A stretch of 32,000 nt of DNA from Acidothermus cellulolyticus 11B (GTDB lineage: Bacteria > Actinomycetota > Actinomycetes > Acidothermales > Acidothermaceae): positions 1,740,001 through 1,772,000 of the forward strand of contig NC_008578.1 of the NCBI RefSeq assembly GCF_000015025.1, given 5' to 3'. Positions 7,933 to 15,412 of this stretch are shown here, in pieces. Both the position numbers and the translations under genes were made by a program. Every line of letters starts with the position of its first letter. Within the stretch, counting starts at the first letter, position 1. Under the pieces are notes generated by a model that saw nothing but the letters and a program-made list of their open reading frames with translations, ran no database searches and was not told where the DNA came from.

Positions 7933-9476
7933 GCCGGAATCCCGGTACGGAGGTACAGCGCCTCGTCCACGTGTTCGCGACCAGGTCGATCGACATCGGC
8001 GAGATCGGCGAGGGTCCATGCGACCCGCAGCACCCGATCCAAACCTCTCGCCGAGAGCAAACCGGTGTCCAAGGCGCGTTCGACCCCGGCAAGCGCCGAG
8101 CGTGAAAGCGGCCACTGTGACCGCAAATACGGCCCAGGAATTTCCGCATTCGTGCGCCACGGCGTGCCGGACCACCGTTCCGCCGCCCGCTGCTGTGCCA
8201 ACGCAACCCTTTTGGCGACGACTGCTCCCGGCTCGGTATGGCGACGATCCGCCAGCAATTCCGCCCGGCTGACGGGGTCCATGCGCACCTGGAGATCGAC
8301 CCGATCGAGCAGCGGGCCGGACAGTCGGCTGAGATATCGACGTCGCATCATCGGTGAACACGTGCACTCCCGATTTCGGCCGGCCGCAGCGCACGGACAC
8401 GGATTCGCGGCCAAGACGAGAAGAAATCGCGCCGGGTAGCTCGTCGTACCACCGGACCGCGCAATCGTGACCCGGCCGGATTCCAACGGTTGGCGCAGGG
8501 CATCGAGAACAGTCGGGCTGAATTCCGGCGCTTCGTCGAGAAATAACACGCCACGATGCGCCAACGACACCTGACCGGGCCGAGCGAGCCCGCTGCCACC
8601 GCCGATCAGCGCAGCGACGGATGTTGAATGGTGCGGGTCCCGAAATGGCGGCCGCTTAATGATGGGGGTCTCCGCGGGAAGCGCACCAGCCACCGAGTAC
8701 ACAGCCGTCACCTCGAGCGCCTCGGCGTGACTCAAGTCGGGCAGCAGACTGGGAAGCCGGGAAGCAAGCATGGTTTTGCCCGTCCCCGGATCGCCGACCA
8801 GAAACAGGTGATGCCCACCCGCTGCCGCGACCTCGATTGCCCGACGGCCGGTCGGTTGACCAAGAACATCCGCGAGATCACCGTGAGGTGCCGTCAGCAC
8901 AGCGGACGCAGGCACGTCGGTGTCCACACTGCCCTCGGCACCGGGGTCATCCGGCGGTGGCCGGCCCTCGCGCAGGGCGGTGAGAAGGTCACCGAGTCGG
9001 GCGGCTGCCCAGATCTCGACGTCGGGCACGAGACGCGCCTCCCGCGCGTTCGCCGCCGGGACCACGACCCGCCCCCTGCCCGCAGCAGACGCGGCAAGTA
9101 CAGCGGGTAGAACGCCGCGCGTAGGCCGCAGGCCACCGTCAAGGCCGAGCTCGCCGAGAAAGACCATTTCGGCGACGGGCGCAGCTGGCACAGCGCCGGC
9201 CGCAGCGAGAATGGCGACCGCCATGGCCACATCAAGACGTGAGCCGTGTTTCGGCAAATCGGCCGGTGACAGACCAAGGGTGATGCGTCGAGACGGCCAG
9301 CTTTCGCCGGAGTTGAGGATGGCGGCCCTGATCCGATCCCGGGCTTCGGAGAGTGCAGCATCCGGGAGCCCCACGAGCGTACAGCCCGGCAGTCCGGGTG
9401 CCAGATCCGCCTCAACCTCAACCAGGTGACCGATGATGCCCGTGAGGGTGATCGACCACGTCCGTGCAAGGCCCAT
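7929..9476 (-). CDS. YifB/ComM-family Mg-chelatase-like AAA+ ATPase
   Basis: It has an N-terminal Lon-protease-like domain, a Walker A motif in LFLVGDPGTGKTMLASRL, Walker B in GVLFLDEAPEF, and a C-terminal Mg-chelatase subunit ChlI-like tail. Its position between yraN and dprA is the conserved one. Confidence 0.9.
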   Translation of the reverse strand: MGLARTWSITLTGIIGHLVEVEADLAPGLPGCTLVGLPDAALSEARDRIRAAILNSGESWPSRRITLGLSPADLPKHGSRLDVAMAVAILAAAGAVPAAPVAEMVFLGELGLDGGLRPTRGVLPAVLAASAAGRGRVVVPAANAREARLVPDVEIWAAARLGDLLTALREGRPPPDDPGAEGSVDTDVPASAVLTAPHGDLADVLGQPTGRRAIEVAAAGGHHLFLVGDPGTGKTMLASRLPSLLPDLSHAEALEVTAVYSVAGALPAETPIIKRPPFRDPHHSTSVAALIGGGSGLARPGQVSLAHRGVLFLDEAPEFSPTVLDALRQPLESGRVTIARSGGTTSYPARFLLVLAANPCPCAAAGRNRECTCSPMMRRRYLSRLSGPLLDRVDLQVRMDPVSRAELLADRRHTEPGAVVAKRVALAQQRAAERWSGTPWRTNAEIPGPYLRSQWPLSRSALAGVERALDTGLLSARGLDRVLRVAWTLADLADVDRPGREHVDEALYLRTGIPA

Positions 9477-9892
9477 CAGAATGCCCCGCGCACATACTCA
9501 ATCGTCGGACCGTCCTCCTTGCGGTGCAGAATCGCGACGACGTCGAACCGAACGGCGGTGTAGCCGTGCGTGCCTTCCGTTGTGTCAACCCTCGTCGCCG
9601 CGTGCTCGGTCAACCAGGCAACGGCAAGCTGGCGCAGCCGCGCCGCCTTGCGCGGAGTGACCGACTCCAGTGGTTCGCCGAATCCAACGCCGCGACGGGT
9701 CTTGACTTCACACACGACAAGGGTGTAGCCGTCGCGTGCGACGATATCGAGTTCGCCGCTGCGGCACCGCCAATTGCGCGCCAGTATCGTCATGCCGAGT
9801 GTCTGAAGATGCTGCGCAGCCAGCTCTTCGCCGAACCTACCAAGCGCTTCCCGCGCCGACGCCGTCCCTGCCATGCCGCTCACCTCCGCCAT
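9476..9892 (-). CDS. YraN-family (UPF0102) predicted endonuclease
   Basis: The sequence GEELAAQHLQTLGMTILARNWRCRSGELDIVARDGYTLVVCEVKTRRG shows the typical YraN D..E.K core. Its stop shares one base with the start of the next gene (TGATG at 9474..9478). Confidence 0.85.
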   Translation of the reverse strand: MAEVSGMAGTASAREALGRFGEELAAQHLQTLGMTILARNWRCRSGELDIVARDGYTLVVCEVKTRRGVGFGEPLESVTPRKAARLRQLAVAWLTEHAATRVDTTEGTHGYTAVRFDVVAILHRKEDGPTIEYVRGAF

Positions 9893-9924
9893 ACGACCGT
9901 GCGGTCAAGCGTGCCAGCAACGGG

Positions 9925-9954
9925 CAGACCGGCGCGGCGGTTGACGCCGGTCTG
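9925..9954. repeat. Perfect 10-bp inverted repeat (hairpin, 10-nt loop)
   Basis: CAGACCGGCG at 9925..9934 pairs with CGCCGGTCTG at 9945..9954. It lies 33 nt upstream of the yraN start and about 320 nt downstream of the methyltransferase stop. No U-tract is present on either strand. Confidence 0.7.
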
Positions 9955-9971
9955 TGGACGCCGGTGGGCGG

Positions 9972-10014
9972 GGCTGGGGACATTCCTCGAAGTGGCCAGG
10001 CTGGGGGCATTCCT
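9972..10014. repeat. Direct repeat: 16-nt core, 27-nt period, 2 copies
   Basis: Copy 1 (9972..9987) is ggctggggacattcct. Copy 2 (9999..10014) is ggctgggggcattcct. Confidence 0.8.
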
Positions 10015-10108
10015 GCGAGCGGTGCTACCGGACGGCGTTCGACCTGGCCGCTGGTTGGCGGCGTATGCGGGTCGGGCACACTCCTCCGAGCGGAGACACC
10101 GCAAGCGA

Positions 10109-10162
10109 CGCACCTTCAGGTTGAGCCACACCCGCAGGGTGAGACGCACCCTCGGGTTGAGA
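10109..10162. repeat. Imperfect tandem repeat: 18-nt unit, 3 copies
   Basis: The units are cgcaccttcaggttgagc (10109..10126), cacacccgcagggtgaga (10127..10144) and cgcaccctcgggttgaga (10145..10162). Confidence 0.8.
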
Positions 10163-10275
10163 TGACAAAGCCGTGTCGGCAGCGGATTCGGGTCAGCCGA
10201 TGCCACGCCGGAAAGCCGCCGTGTTCTGACGACGGCTCTCCGGGTTGCATCGAGGAAGAGGCGTCAAACCGCGGT

Positions 10276-11328
10276 CTAGGGTTTCGCCTCAAACACAAGA
10301 TTGAACGGGGTCCGGGCGGCCTCCCGGAATTCCGAAAAGCCGGCGTCGACAACTACCTGACGAATAGCCTGCGGCCCCGCTTGCGCGCCAAGCGCATATC
10401 GACCCCCTTGTGCCTTTGCGTTCGGCACACAGAGGAATGTTGAGAAGTTGTAATACACTCGGCCGACGGGATTGAGATTCTCCGCGATACCGTCACCCGC
10501 AAGCGGCTCTACGATCAACCATGTTCCGTCCGGTGTCAGGACGTCGCGAATATGGCGTGCTGCTGCGAATGGATCGCCCATGTCGTGCAAGCAATCGAAC
10601 GTCGCCACCAGATCGTATCCCGATCCCGGGAAGGACTGCGCCGTGTTGACGTCGAACGTCGTGCGGTCGGCGACGCCGGCGTCGGCCGCACGCTTGCGCG
10701 CCAAGGCGATCGAACCATCGTGGTAGTCGAATCCGGCGAACCGCGACCGCGGAAAAGCCTTCGCCATCAGGATGGTTGACGCACCAAGGCCGCATCCCAC
10801 GTCGGCAACCGTGCCGCCGTCCTGCAGTTTCGCCTCGACGCCGTCCAGCGCCGGAATCCAGCTCGTCACCAAGTTGCCTGCGTAATTCGGGCGGAAGAAC
10901 TGCTCGCAGCCGACGAAGACATCGGCGTCATGTTCATGCCACCCGACACCAGCGCCGGTGAGGAACGCTTCGCGGATACGGGAAATGGCACGCAATGCTC
11001 CAAGCGCGAGAACGAACGCACCGGGGAAATACAAGGCGCCGTCGGGATTCGTGAGAGCGAATGCTTGTTCTTCGTTGAGCGAATACTGCTCGGTTTGGGG
11101 ATCCACGTCGACGTAGCCGCCCGCTGCCTGTCCGCGCAGCCATTCGGTGAGATACCGAACGTCGGTCCGCGTGCGCTGGGCAAGCTCCGCCGGCGTGGCT
11201 GGACCGGATGCAAGGGCCTGATAGAGGCCCAACTCGTGACCGAGGACGACGTTGCCCGCCGCCATCGTCGCCCCAAGGTCTCCTGCGAAGCGACCCACGA
11301 ATTCCATGAGTTTGTCGTGATTGACCAT
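10276..11328 (-). CDS. Class I SAM-dependent methyltransferase with N-terminal winged-helix domain (Rv2258c-like architecture)
   Basis: SAM-binding motif I reads VADVGCGLGASTILMA, the post-I acidic residue lies in FAGFDYH, and later motifs read YDLVATFDCLHDMGDP and DGTWLIVEP. The N-terminal ~100 aa resemble the wHTH dimerisation domain of this family. GGGAG lies just upstream of ATG 11328. Confidence 0.85.
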   Translation of the reverse strand: MVNHDKLMEFVGRFAGDLGATMAAGNVVLGHELGLYQALASGPATPAELAQRTRTDVRYLTEWLRGQAAGGYVDVDPQTEQYSLNEEQAFALTNPDGALYFPGAFVLALGALRAISRIREAFLTGAGVGWHEHDADVFVGCEQFFRPNYAGNLVTSWIPALDGVEAKLQDGGTVADVGCGLGASTILMAKAFPRSRFAGFDYHDGSIALARKRAADAGVADRTTFDVNTAQSFPGSGYDLVATFDCLHDMGDPFAAARHIRDVLTPDGTWLIVEPLAGDGIAENLNPVGRVYYNFSTFLCVPNAKAQGGRYALGAQAGPQAIRQVVVDAGFSEFREAARTPFNLVFEAKP

Positions 11329-11609
11329 GAGCTCCCGCCCCCCTTTCGCATGCGGCTCACGTCCCTTCTGGACGAAGCCTCGAGAACCTCAAGCGCCCGG
11401 TCGGACGTTCCGCGGGCCACTATCGCGCGTCTGTATGGCGTGATGGTCACAACCCCCGACCGACCACTCGACACGGTCAGCCTCGACCACACGCTTTGCA
11501 GAATTCTTGCAGCCGGCTTGCACATGACGGACGGACGCGCCGCAACGCGTTCCCGTGCGCCCTGGCGTTTCGATACGGAGCGGACCAGCCCGCCCCCAAC
11601 GTGCGATCG

Positions 11610-12479
11610 TCAGTCAACACCGGCCGACGGAAACGCTGACACAACTGACTGCGTCTCGCTGCCGATCGCATCCCGCATCTGACCAACGTCCTCCCGGAGC
11701 AGGGCGGTGTACAGCATCCGCGTACGGACCGACGGTTCGACGCCAAGCTCTTCGGTCAGCCGATCCCGCAACCGCAGGTAGACGGATATTGCGCGCGGAA
11801 TTTCGCCAAGCGCCCAGCATACGAGAATCAACAGGCGATGGAGAGATTCATTCCAGGGCTCGGCGGCCGTCAAATATTCCAATGCCCCTACCGCTCGGCC
11901 GGGCTGTTCTGATCGCAGCGCGGCGACGCTGAGAATCCGCCCAGCCTGCTGCCAGAGCAGACGTCGCTGCTCCTCAAGGCCGGTGATCCACGGCGCTGGA
12001 GGTTCATCCTCCAACGCCCGGCCCACGCCCGCGAGCTGGAACGCCTGCGCCGCACGGATCGTTGCGAGGCGCACATCTCCGGCGTACACCAGTCGCTCCG
12101 CGTCGTCCGTAAGGTACGCAACATCGTCGAAATCAAGGTGGACAAGGGGCGCCTCGGCCAACCGGTAACCGCCCGCGAATCGCTCAATGTAAGGCGCGCC
12201 CAGTAAGGCCCGGAGCCGGCTCACCAGAGTAGCGACGCTGCCCGCGGTGTCACGCGGCATCTCCTCGCCCCAGAGCAGCTCGGCAATACGATCCGCCGAG
12301 AGAATACGACCGCGTTCGGCGGCCAGCAGTTTGAGCAAGGTGCGCGCCTTCCGCCCGGCGAGCTGCGAGAGGTCCATGACCTGGCCGCCAACGCGGGCCG
12401 TGAACGGACCTATCAGCGTCAACGACAACGGCGGCGGTTGGGCGCTGACCGTCGCCGACGGCGTACTGTGCCGATACAC
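11610..12479 (-). CDS. SARP/AfsR-family transcriptional regulator (OmpR-type winged helix plus BTAD)
   Basis: The sequence LTLIGPFTARVGGQVMDL..RKARTLLKLLAAERGRILSADRIAELLWGEE....ATLVSRLRALLG...GYRL is the SARP DNA-binding domain. The C-terminal helical part, ending in YLRLRDRLTEELGVEPSVRTRMLYTALL, is a BTAD signature. The start is ambiguous: GTG 12479, or TTG 12428 / 12422. Confidence 0.8.
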   Translation of the reverse strand: MYRHSTPSATVSAQPPPLSLTLIGPFTARVGGQVMDLSQLAGRKARTLLKLLAAERGRILSADRIAELLWGEEMPRDTAGSVATLVSRLRALLGAPYIERFAGGYRLAEAPLVHLDFDDVAYLTDDAERLVYAGDVRLATIRAAQAFQLAGVGRALEDEPPAPWITGLEEQRRLLWQQAGRILSVAALRSEQPGRAVGALEYLTAAEPWNESLHRLLILVCWALGEIPRAISVYLRLRDRLTEELGVEPSVRTRMLYTALLREDVGQMRDAIGSETQSVVSAFPSAGVD

Positions 12480-12520
12480 CGCTCTCCCCCCTGATCCGAG
12501 GCGGCTGTCTGAAAGACGGT

Positions 12521-12544
12521 GACCGCGCGTTGGACGCCGCGGTC
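12521..12544 (-). terminator. Candidate hairpin downstream of the rnhB-DUF2469 unit
   Basis: GACCGCG (12521..12527) pairs with CGCGGTC (12538..12544), giving a 7-bp stem and 10-nt loop about 30 nt past the DUF2469 stop. On the minus strand only a short CUUUC follows. Confidence 0.25.
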
Positions 12545-12575
12545 TCCCGCACGGCTGGCGCCGTTGACCGACGGT

Positions 12576-12887
12576 TCAGCCCCCGCTGGGAATCTGGAGA
12601 TCGCTCTTGGCCAATTCCTCGATGTTGACGTCCTTGAACGTTACGACTTTCACATTCTTCACCAAACGCTGCGGGCGGTACATATCCCAGACCCAGGCGT
12701 CCGACATGGTGATTTCGAAGAAAACATCACCGCCTGCATTGCGCACTTCGAGGTTGTACTCGTTGGTGAGGTAGAAGCGCCGCTCAGTCTCGATCACGTA
12801 GCGGAACAAGCCGACGACGTCCCGATACTCCCGGTAGAGCTGGAGCTCCATGTCGGTTTCGTAGTTTTCGAGATCCTCGGCACTCAT
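12576..12887 (-). CDS. DUF2469-family conserved actinobacterial protein (Rv2901c-like)
   Basis: The sequence [42 protein letters not shown]...[28 protein letters not shown] matches my memory of this family, which always sits just downstream of rnhB. There is an ATGA overlap with rnhB at 12884..12887. Confidence 0.88.
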   Translation of the reverse strand: MSAEDLENYETDMELQLYREYRDVVGLFRYVIETERRFYLTNEYNLEVRNAGGDVFFEITMSDAWVWDMYRPQRLVKNVKVVTFKDVNIEELAKSDLQIPSGG

Positions 12888-13807
12888 GGGATCTCCAGCA
12901 GCTCGGCGGGACGGGACACGTCCCCATTGTCGCGCAGGTCAGCCGCACGATTCTGATCGACAAGCCGGCCAGCCGGCCCCGCCGCCGCGGGACGAGCCGC
13001 CGCGGACGCGGCCCCGGCCGAGCCCGCCGGGCCGGGCACTGCCTCAGCCGGGCCGGATGCGAAGCCAGGAGAGTCGTCGGAGTCGGCCAGCTCGGTGATT
13101 CGCAGCTCCATCCGGCCCCCAGCCCGGCGGACGGTCACGAACGAGCGCCGGTGTTCCGGGCACGGTCCGTGGCGGGCGAGCGCAGCGCGGTGTCCCGCGG
13201 TCACATACCCCTTATGGGTAGCGAACTCGTACATCGGGAACTTTTCGTGCAATTCCACCATGAGTCGATCCCGGGTCACCTTCGCCACGACGGACGCGGC
13301 TGCAATGCACGCGACGGCCTCGTCACCCTTGCAGACCGCTAGGCCGGGAGCGTTCAATCCCGCGATGGAGAAGCCGTCCGTGAGAACGTACGCGGGCCGG
13401 ACCGCAAGGCCGGCGACCGCCCGGCGCATCCCGGTGATGTTGGCTGCGTGCACCCCCAACTCGTCGACTTCGGAGGAGGGAATCACCACAACCGACCACG
13501 CTAGTGCCCGGGAGATGATCTCGTTGTAGATCGACTCGCGTGCAGCGGGAGTGAGCTGCTTGGAGTCCGCCAACCCGGCGATGCGGTTCCGCCGATCGCT
13601 CCCCAGAATCACGGCCGCGACGACGAGGGGACCGGCGCACGCGCCTCTGCCGGCTTCGTCCACCCCGGCGACCGGTTCGAGACCAAGCCGAGCCAGCCGT
13701 CGCTCGTAGCGGTAGAGATCGACAAGTCGGTGACGCTCAGCTGCGCAGGATCGACGCTCGCTGCGCACCCGCGCAGGCCCAAGCCGCGCAGTCGTCGACG
13801 CTCCCAT
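12884..13807 (-). CDS. rnhB: Ribonuclease HII with Ala/Pro/Gly-rich C-terminal tail
   Basis: The sequence [23 protein letters not shown]...DSKQLT...VLTDG...KGD....[13 protein letters not shown]...YEFATHKGY carries the RNase HII catalytic motifs. I prefer ATG 13807. The ORF-track start at 13939 would overlap the upstream ORF by 49 nt. Confidence 0.9.
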   Translation of the reverse strand: MGASTTARLGPARVRSERRSCAAERHRLVDLYRYERRLARLGLEPVAGVDEAGRGACAGPLVVAAVILGSDRRNRIAGLADSKQLTPAARESIYNEIISRALAWSVVVIPSSEVDELGVHAANITGMRRAVAGLAVRPAYVLTDGFSIAGLNAPGLAVCKGDEAVACIAAASVVAKVTRDRLMVELHEKFPMYEFATHKGYVTAGHRAALARHGPCPEHRRSFVTVRRAGGRMELRITELADSDDSPGFASGPAEAVPGPAGSAGAASAAARPAAAGPAGRLVDQNRAADLRDNGDVSRPAELLEIP

Positions 13808-13882
13808 CGGATACACCCTAGGCGACGCGGTCCCGGGCGTGCTCACGGTCGGCGCGGACGGAGCGGCGTCCAGTCGGCGCGC

Positions 13883-13892
13883 AAAGCGCCCT
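13883..13892. repeat. Right-hand-gene-proximal copy of the 10-bp direct repeat AAAGCGCCCT that flanks the 475-aa ORF cassette
   Basis: The exact decamer aaagcgccct occurs at 13883..13892 (overlapping the ORF stop) and again at 15380..15389. Confidence 0.6.
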
Positions 13893-15318
13893 ACGCCATC
13901 GGCAGGACAAGTTCGAACCGCCACCGCGTCCCCGTCCATGGATACAACGCCACCACGACCTGTCCCGGCGGGGCCGCGGAACGCGAGGTGACCTCATCGT
14001 GGACGATACGTGGATAAATACTCGTCCAATTTTCCAGAATGTGCCGGAGAACCACATCGAGACCGTCACCGCAGGTGCGCAGCTCATACGTCAGCCAATC
14101 GAAAATCTCTTGGGCGAGGTCCTTGGTGCGCGTCGGCTTCCACCACTCAAAGTCAAGGCCGCAGTACATAAAGTCAGTGCCTAAAACGTAGGAAGCCGCT
14201 AAAATACTGACGGAATCGTTAGAGCCGACGCCTGACACACGCCCAAGTTGCAGCCCACTGCCCTGCCCCGCCGCATTGCCGGCACCAACAGCAGCTGGAA
14301 CTTCTTTATAACCCAGAACGCCGCAGAGAAAATCACGAAATTCAGCACGTGCGGTCTGCAGATCCACGCGACGTCCTGCGAGGGTATTCAGCAACGAACC
14401 CAGTTCCCAGGTAGCAAAATGCCCGTACCGCGCGCTGAACACTCCAACCTCGGTCAGCCGAAAGCGGTCGTCAAAGTCGAGGAGCACATAGCCCACCAGT
14501 TGCAACAGAGTTCTCATCGTGATCGTCGATTCCGCGGAGGTCTTGAGTTCAAGCAGCAGCCCGGCCGCGATGAGATCTGCGTCGGCGGCAAGAAGTTGGG
14601 AGCCGGTAAAGACCGGTCCAAGTGCCCACTCGCCGACACGATCCGAAAGCCGGGGGAGGAGCACGGTGTCGAAAAGGTGTCGGAAGGCGATCAGCTGCTC
14701 GATACCCGCAGGAGGTGCCAGCAACAAAAGGTCCGCTGCAGTAGGGAGCTGGCCGCGCAGTTGAGCAAGCGGACCGCTGCGCGCTACCGTCGGACCAGCA
14801 CGGTACACCTCGGTCAGGAGGGCCAACGCCCAGCACGCTCGGGCCAACACCTCCGCGTCGACCACACTCCCCGGGATAGGTCCTGCGAACACAGCCGCGT
14901 GGTCGCCGTTCGCACCCACGAATGGAACATCGAGGCGCCGAGCCAGGTCAATCAGAGCCGGGCAGAGAATGAGTCCCCCGTTTCCGGCAATGACAGCACC
15001 GCCGCGCGCCACCGAAAGATCCGGCTGTGGATGGATGAGAAACCGCAGGAGCCAGTCAGCGGCGGTCCCCACCGTGCCGGGATTGACCGCGGCGGCGGGT
15101 GCTGGCGGAACGACGATGTCTCGAGGCCGGGTCGCTCGAATAGCTCGCTGCACCTGCGGCACCCCAGCGCCATACCGCTCCTGGAGAAAGCGCCGCACCG
15201 GCGAACCGGTCGTCTTGAGCTCTTGCGTCAGTGACCGAAACATCTCGGGCCTTTCGTCGGTAGCACACCAAGAACGCACCGCCGAAGTAAAGGAATCGGC
15301 TGCTGATTTCTCCGTCAT
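13891..15318 (-). CDS. Hypothetical 475-aa protein with a RecB/Cas4-like PD-(D/E)XK nuclease signature; accessory insertion
   Basis: It is a long ORF on the operon strand with an ATG start at 15318. Numbered from M1, the motifs are D246-A-D248-LI, LLL-E257-L-K259-T and Q273-LVG-Y277 (codons 14488..14583). A Gly-rich linker covers residues 341-367, followed by a Trp-rich C-terminal module. G+C is lower than in the neighbours and many codons end in A/T. No clear SD is visible. Confidence 0.7.
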   Translation of the reverse strand: MTEKSAADSFTSAVRSWCATDERPEMFRSLTQELKTTGSPVRRFLQERYGAGVPQVQRAIRATRPRDIVVPPAPAAAVNPGTVGTAADWLLRFLIHPQPDLSVARGGAVIAGNGGLILCPALIDLARRLDVPFVGANGDHAAVFAGPIPGSVVDAEVLARACWALALLTEVYRAGPTVARSGPLAQLRGQLPTAADLLLLAPPAGIEQLIAFRHLFDTVLLPRLSDRVGEWALGPVFTGSQLLAADADLIAAGLLLELKTSAESTITMRTLLQLVGYVLLDFDDRFRLTEVGVFSARYGHFATWELGSLLNTLAGRRVDLQTARAEFRDFLCGVLGYKEVPAAVGAGNAAGQGSGLQLGRVSGVGSNDSVSILAASYVLGTDFMYCGLDFEWWKPTRTKDLAQEIFDWLTYELRTCGDGLDVVLRHILENWTSIYPRIVHDEVTSRSAAPPGQVVVALYPWTGTRWRFELVLPMA

Positions 15319-15379
15319 TAGGCTGGTCGGCTACGCCTGTCACCGCAGGTACCCGTCTCATGCGTCCGCCACACCGCGG

Positions 15380-15389
15380 AAAGCGCCCT
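15380..15389. repeat. Second copy of the 10-bp direct repeat AAAGCGCCCT
   Basis: The exact decamer lies between the lepB stop (15413) and the 475-aa ORF start (15318). Confidence 0.6.
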
Positions 15390-15412
15390 GCTCAGCACCG
15401 GCATTGCCAGCC

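Noticed and set aside
7933-8400. 5' extension of dprA given by the ORF track; similar extensions for trmD (to 18231), rnhB (to 13939), rplS (to 17001), amtB (to 26120), the KH protein (to 18862) and rpsP (to 19220)
   Set aside because: The extensions overlap the upstream conserved gene or add non-conserved Arg/Pro-rich residues. Internal ATG/GTG codons give canonical N-termini and classical 1-4-nt overlaps or short spacers.
9893-10275. A tRNA, small ORF or MITE in the long yraN-methyltransferase spacer
   Set aside because: No cloverleaf or GTTCGAATC-type T-arm is present. The ORFs here (9880..10206, 10116..10352, 9736..10443) are Arg-rich artefacts. I could not find convincing terminal inverted repeats at the spacer ends.
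11466-11486. CTCGAC direct repeat as a possible SARP binding site upstream of the methyltransferase
   Set aside because: There are only two 6-nt copies, spaced 15 nt apart, whereas SARP heptamers are phased at 11 or 22 nt. A 6-mer recurrence is not significant.
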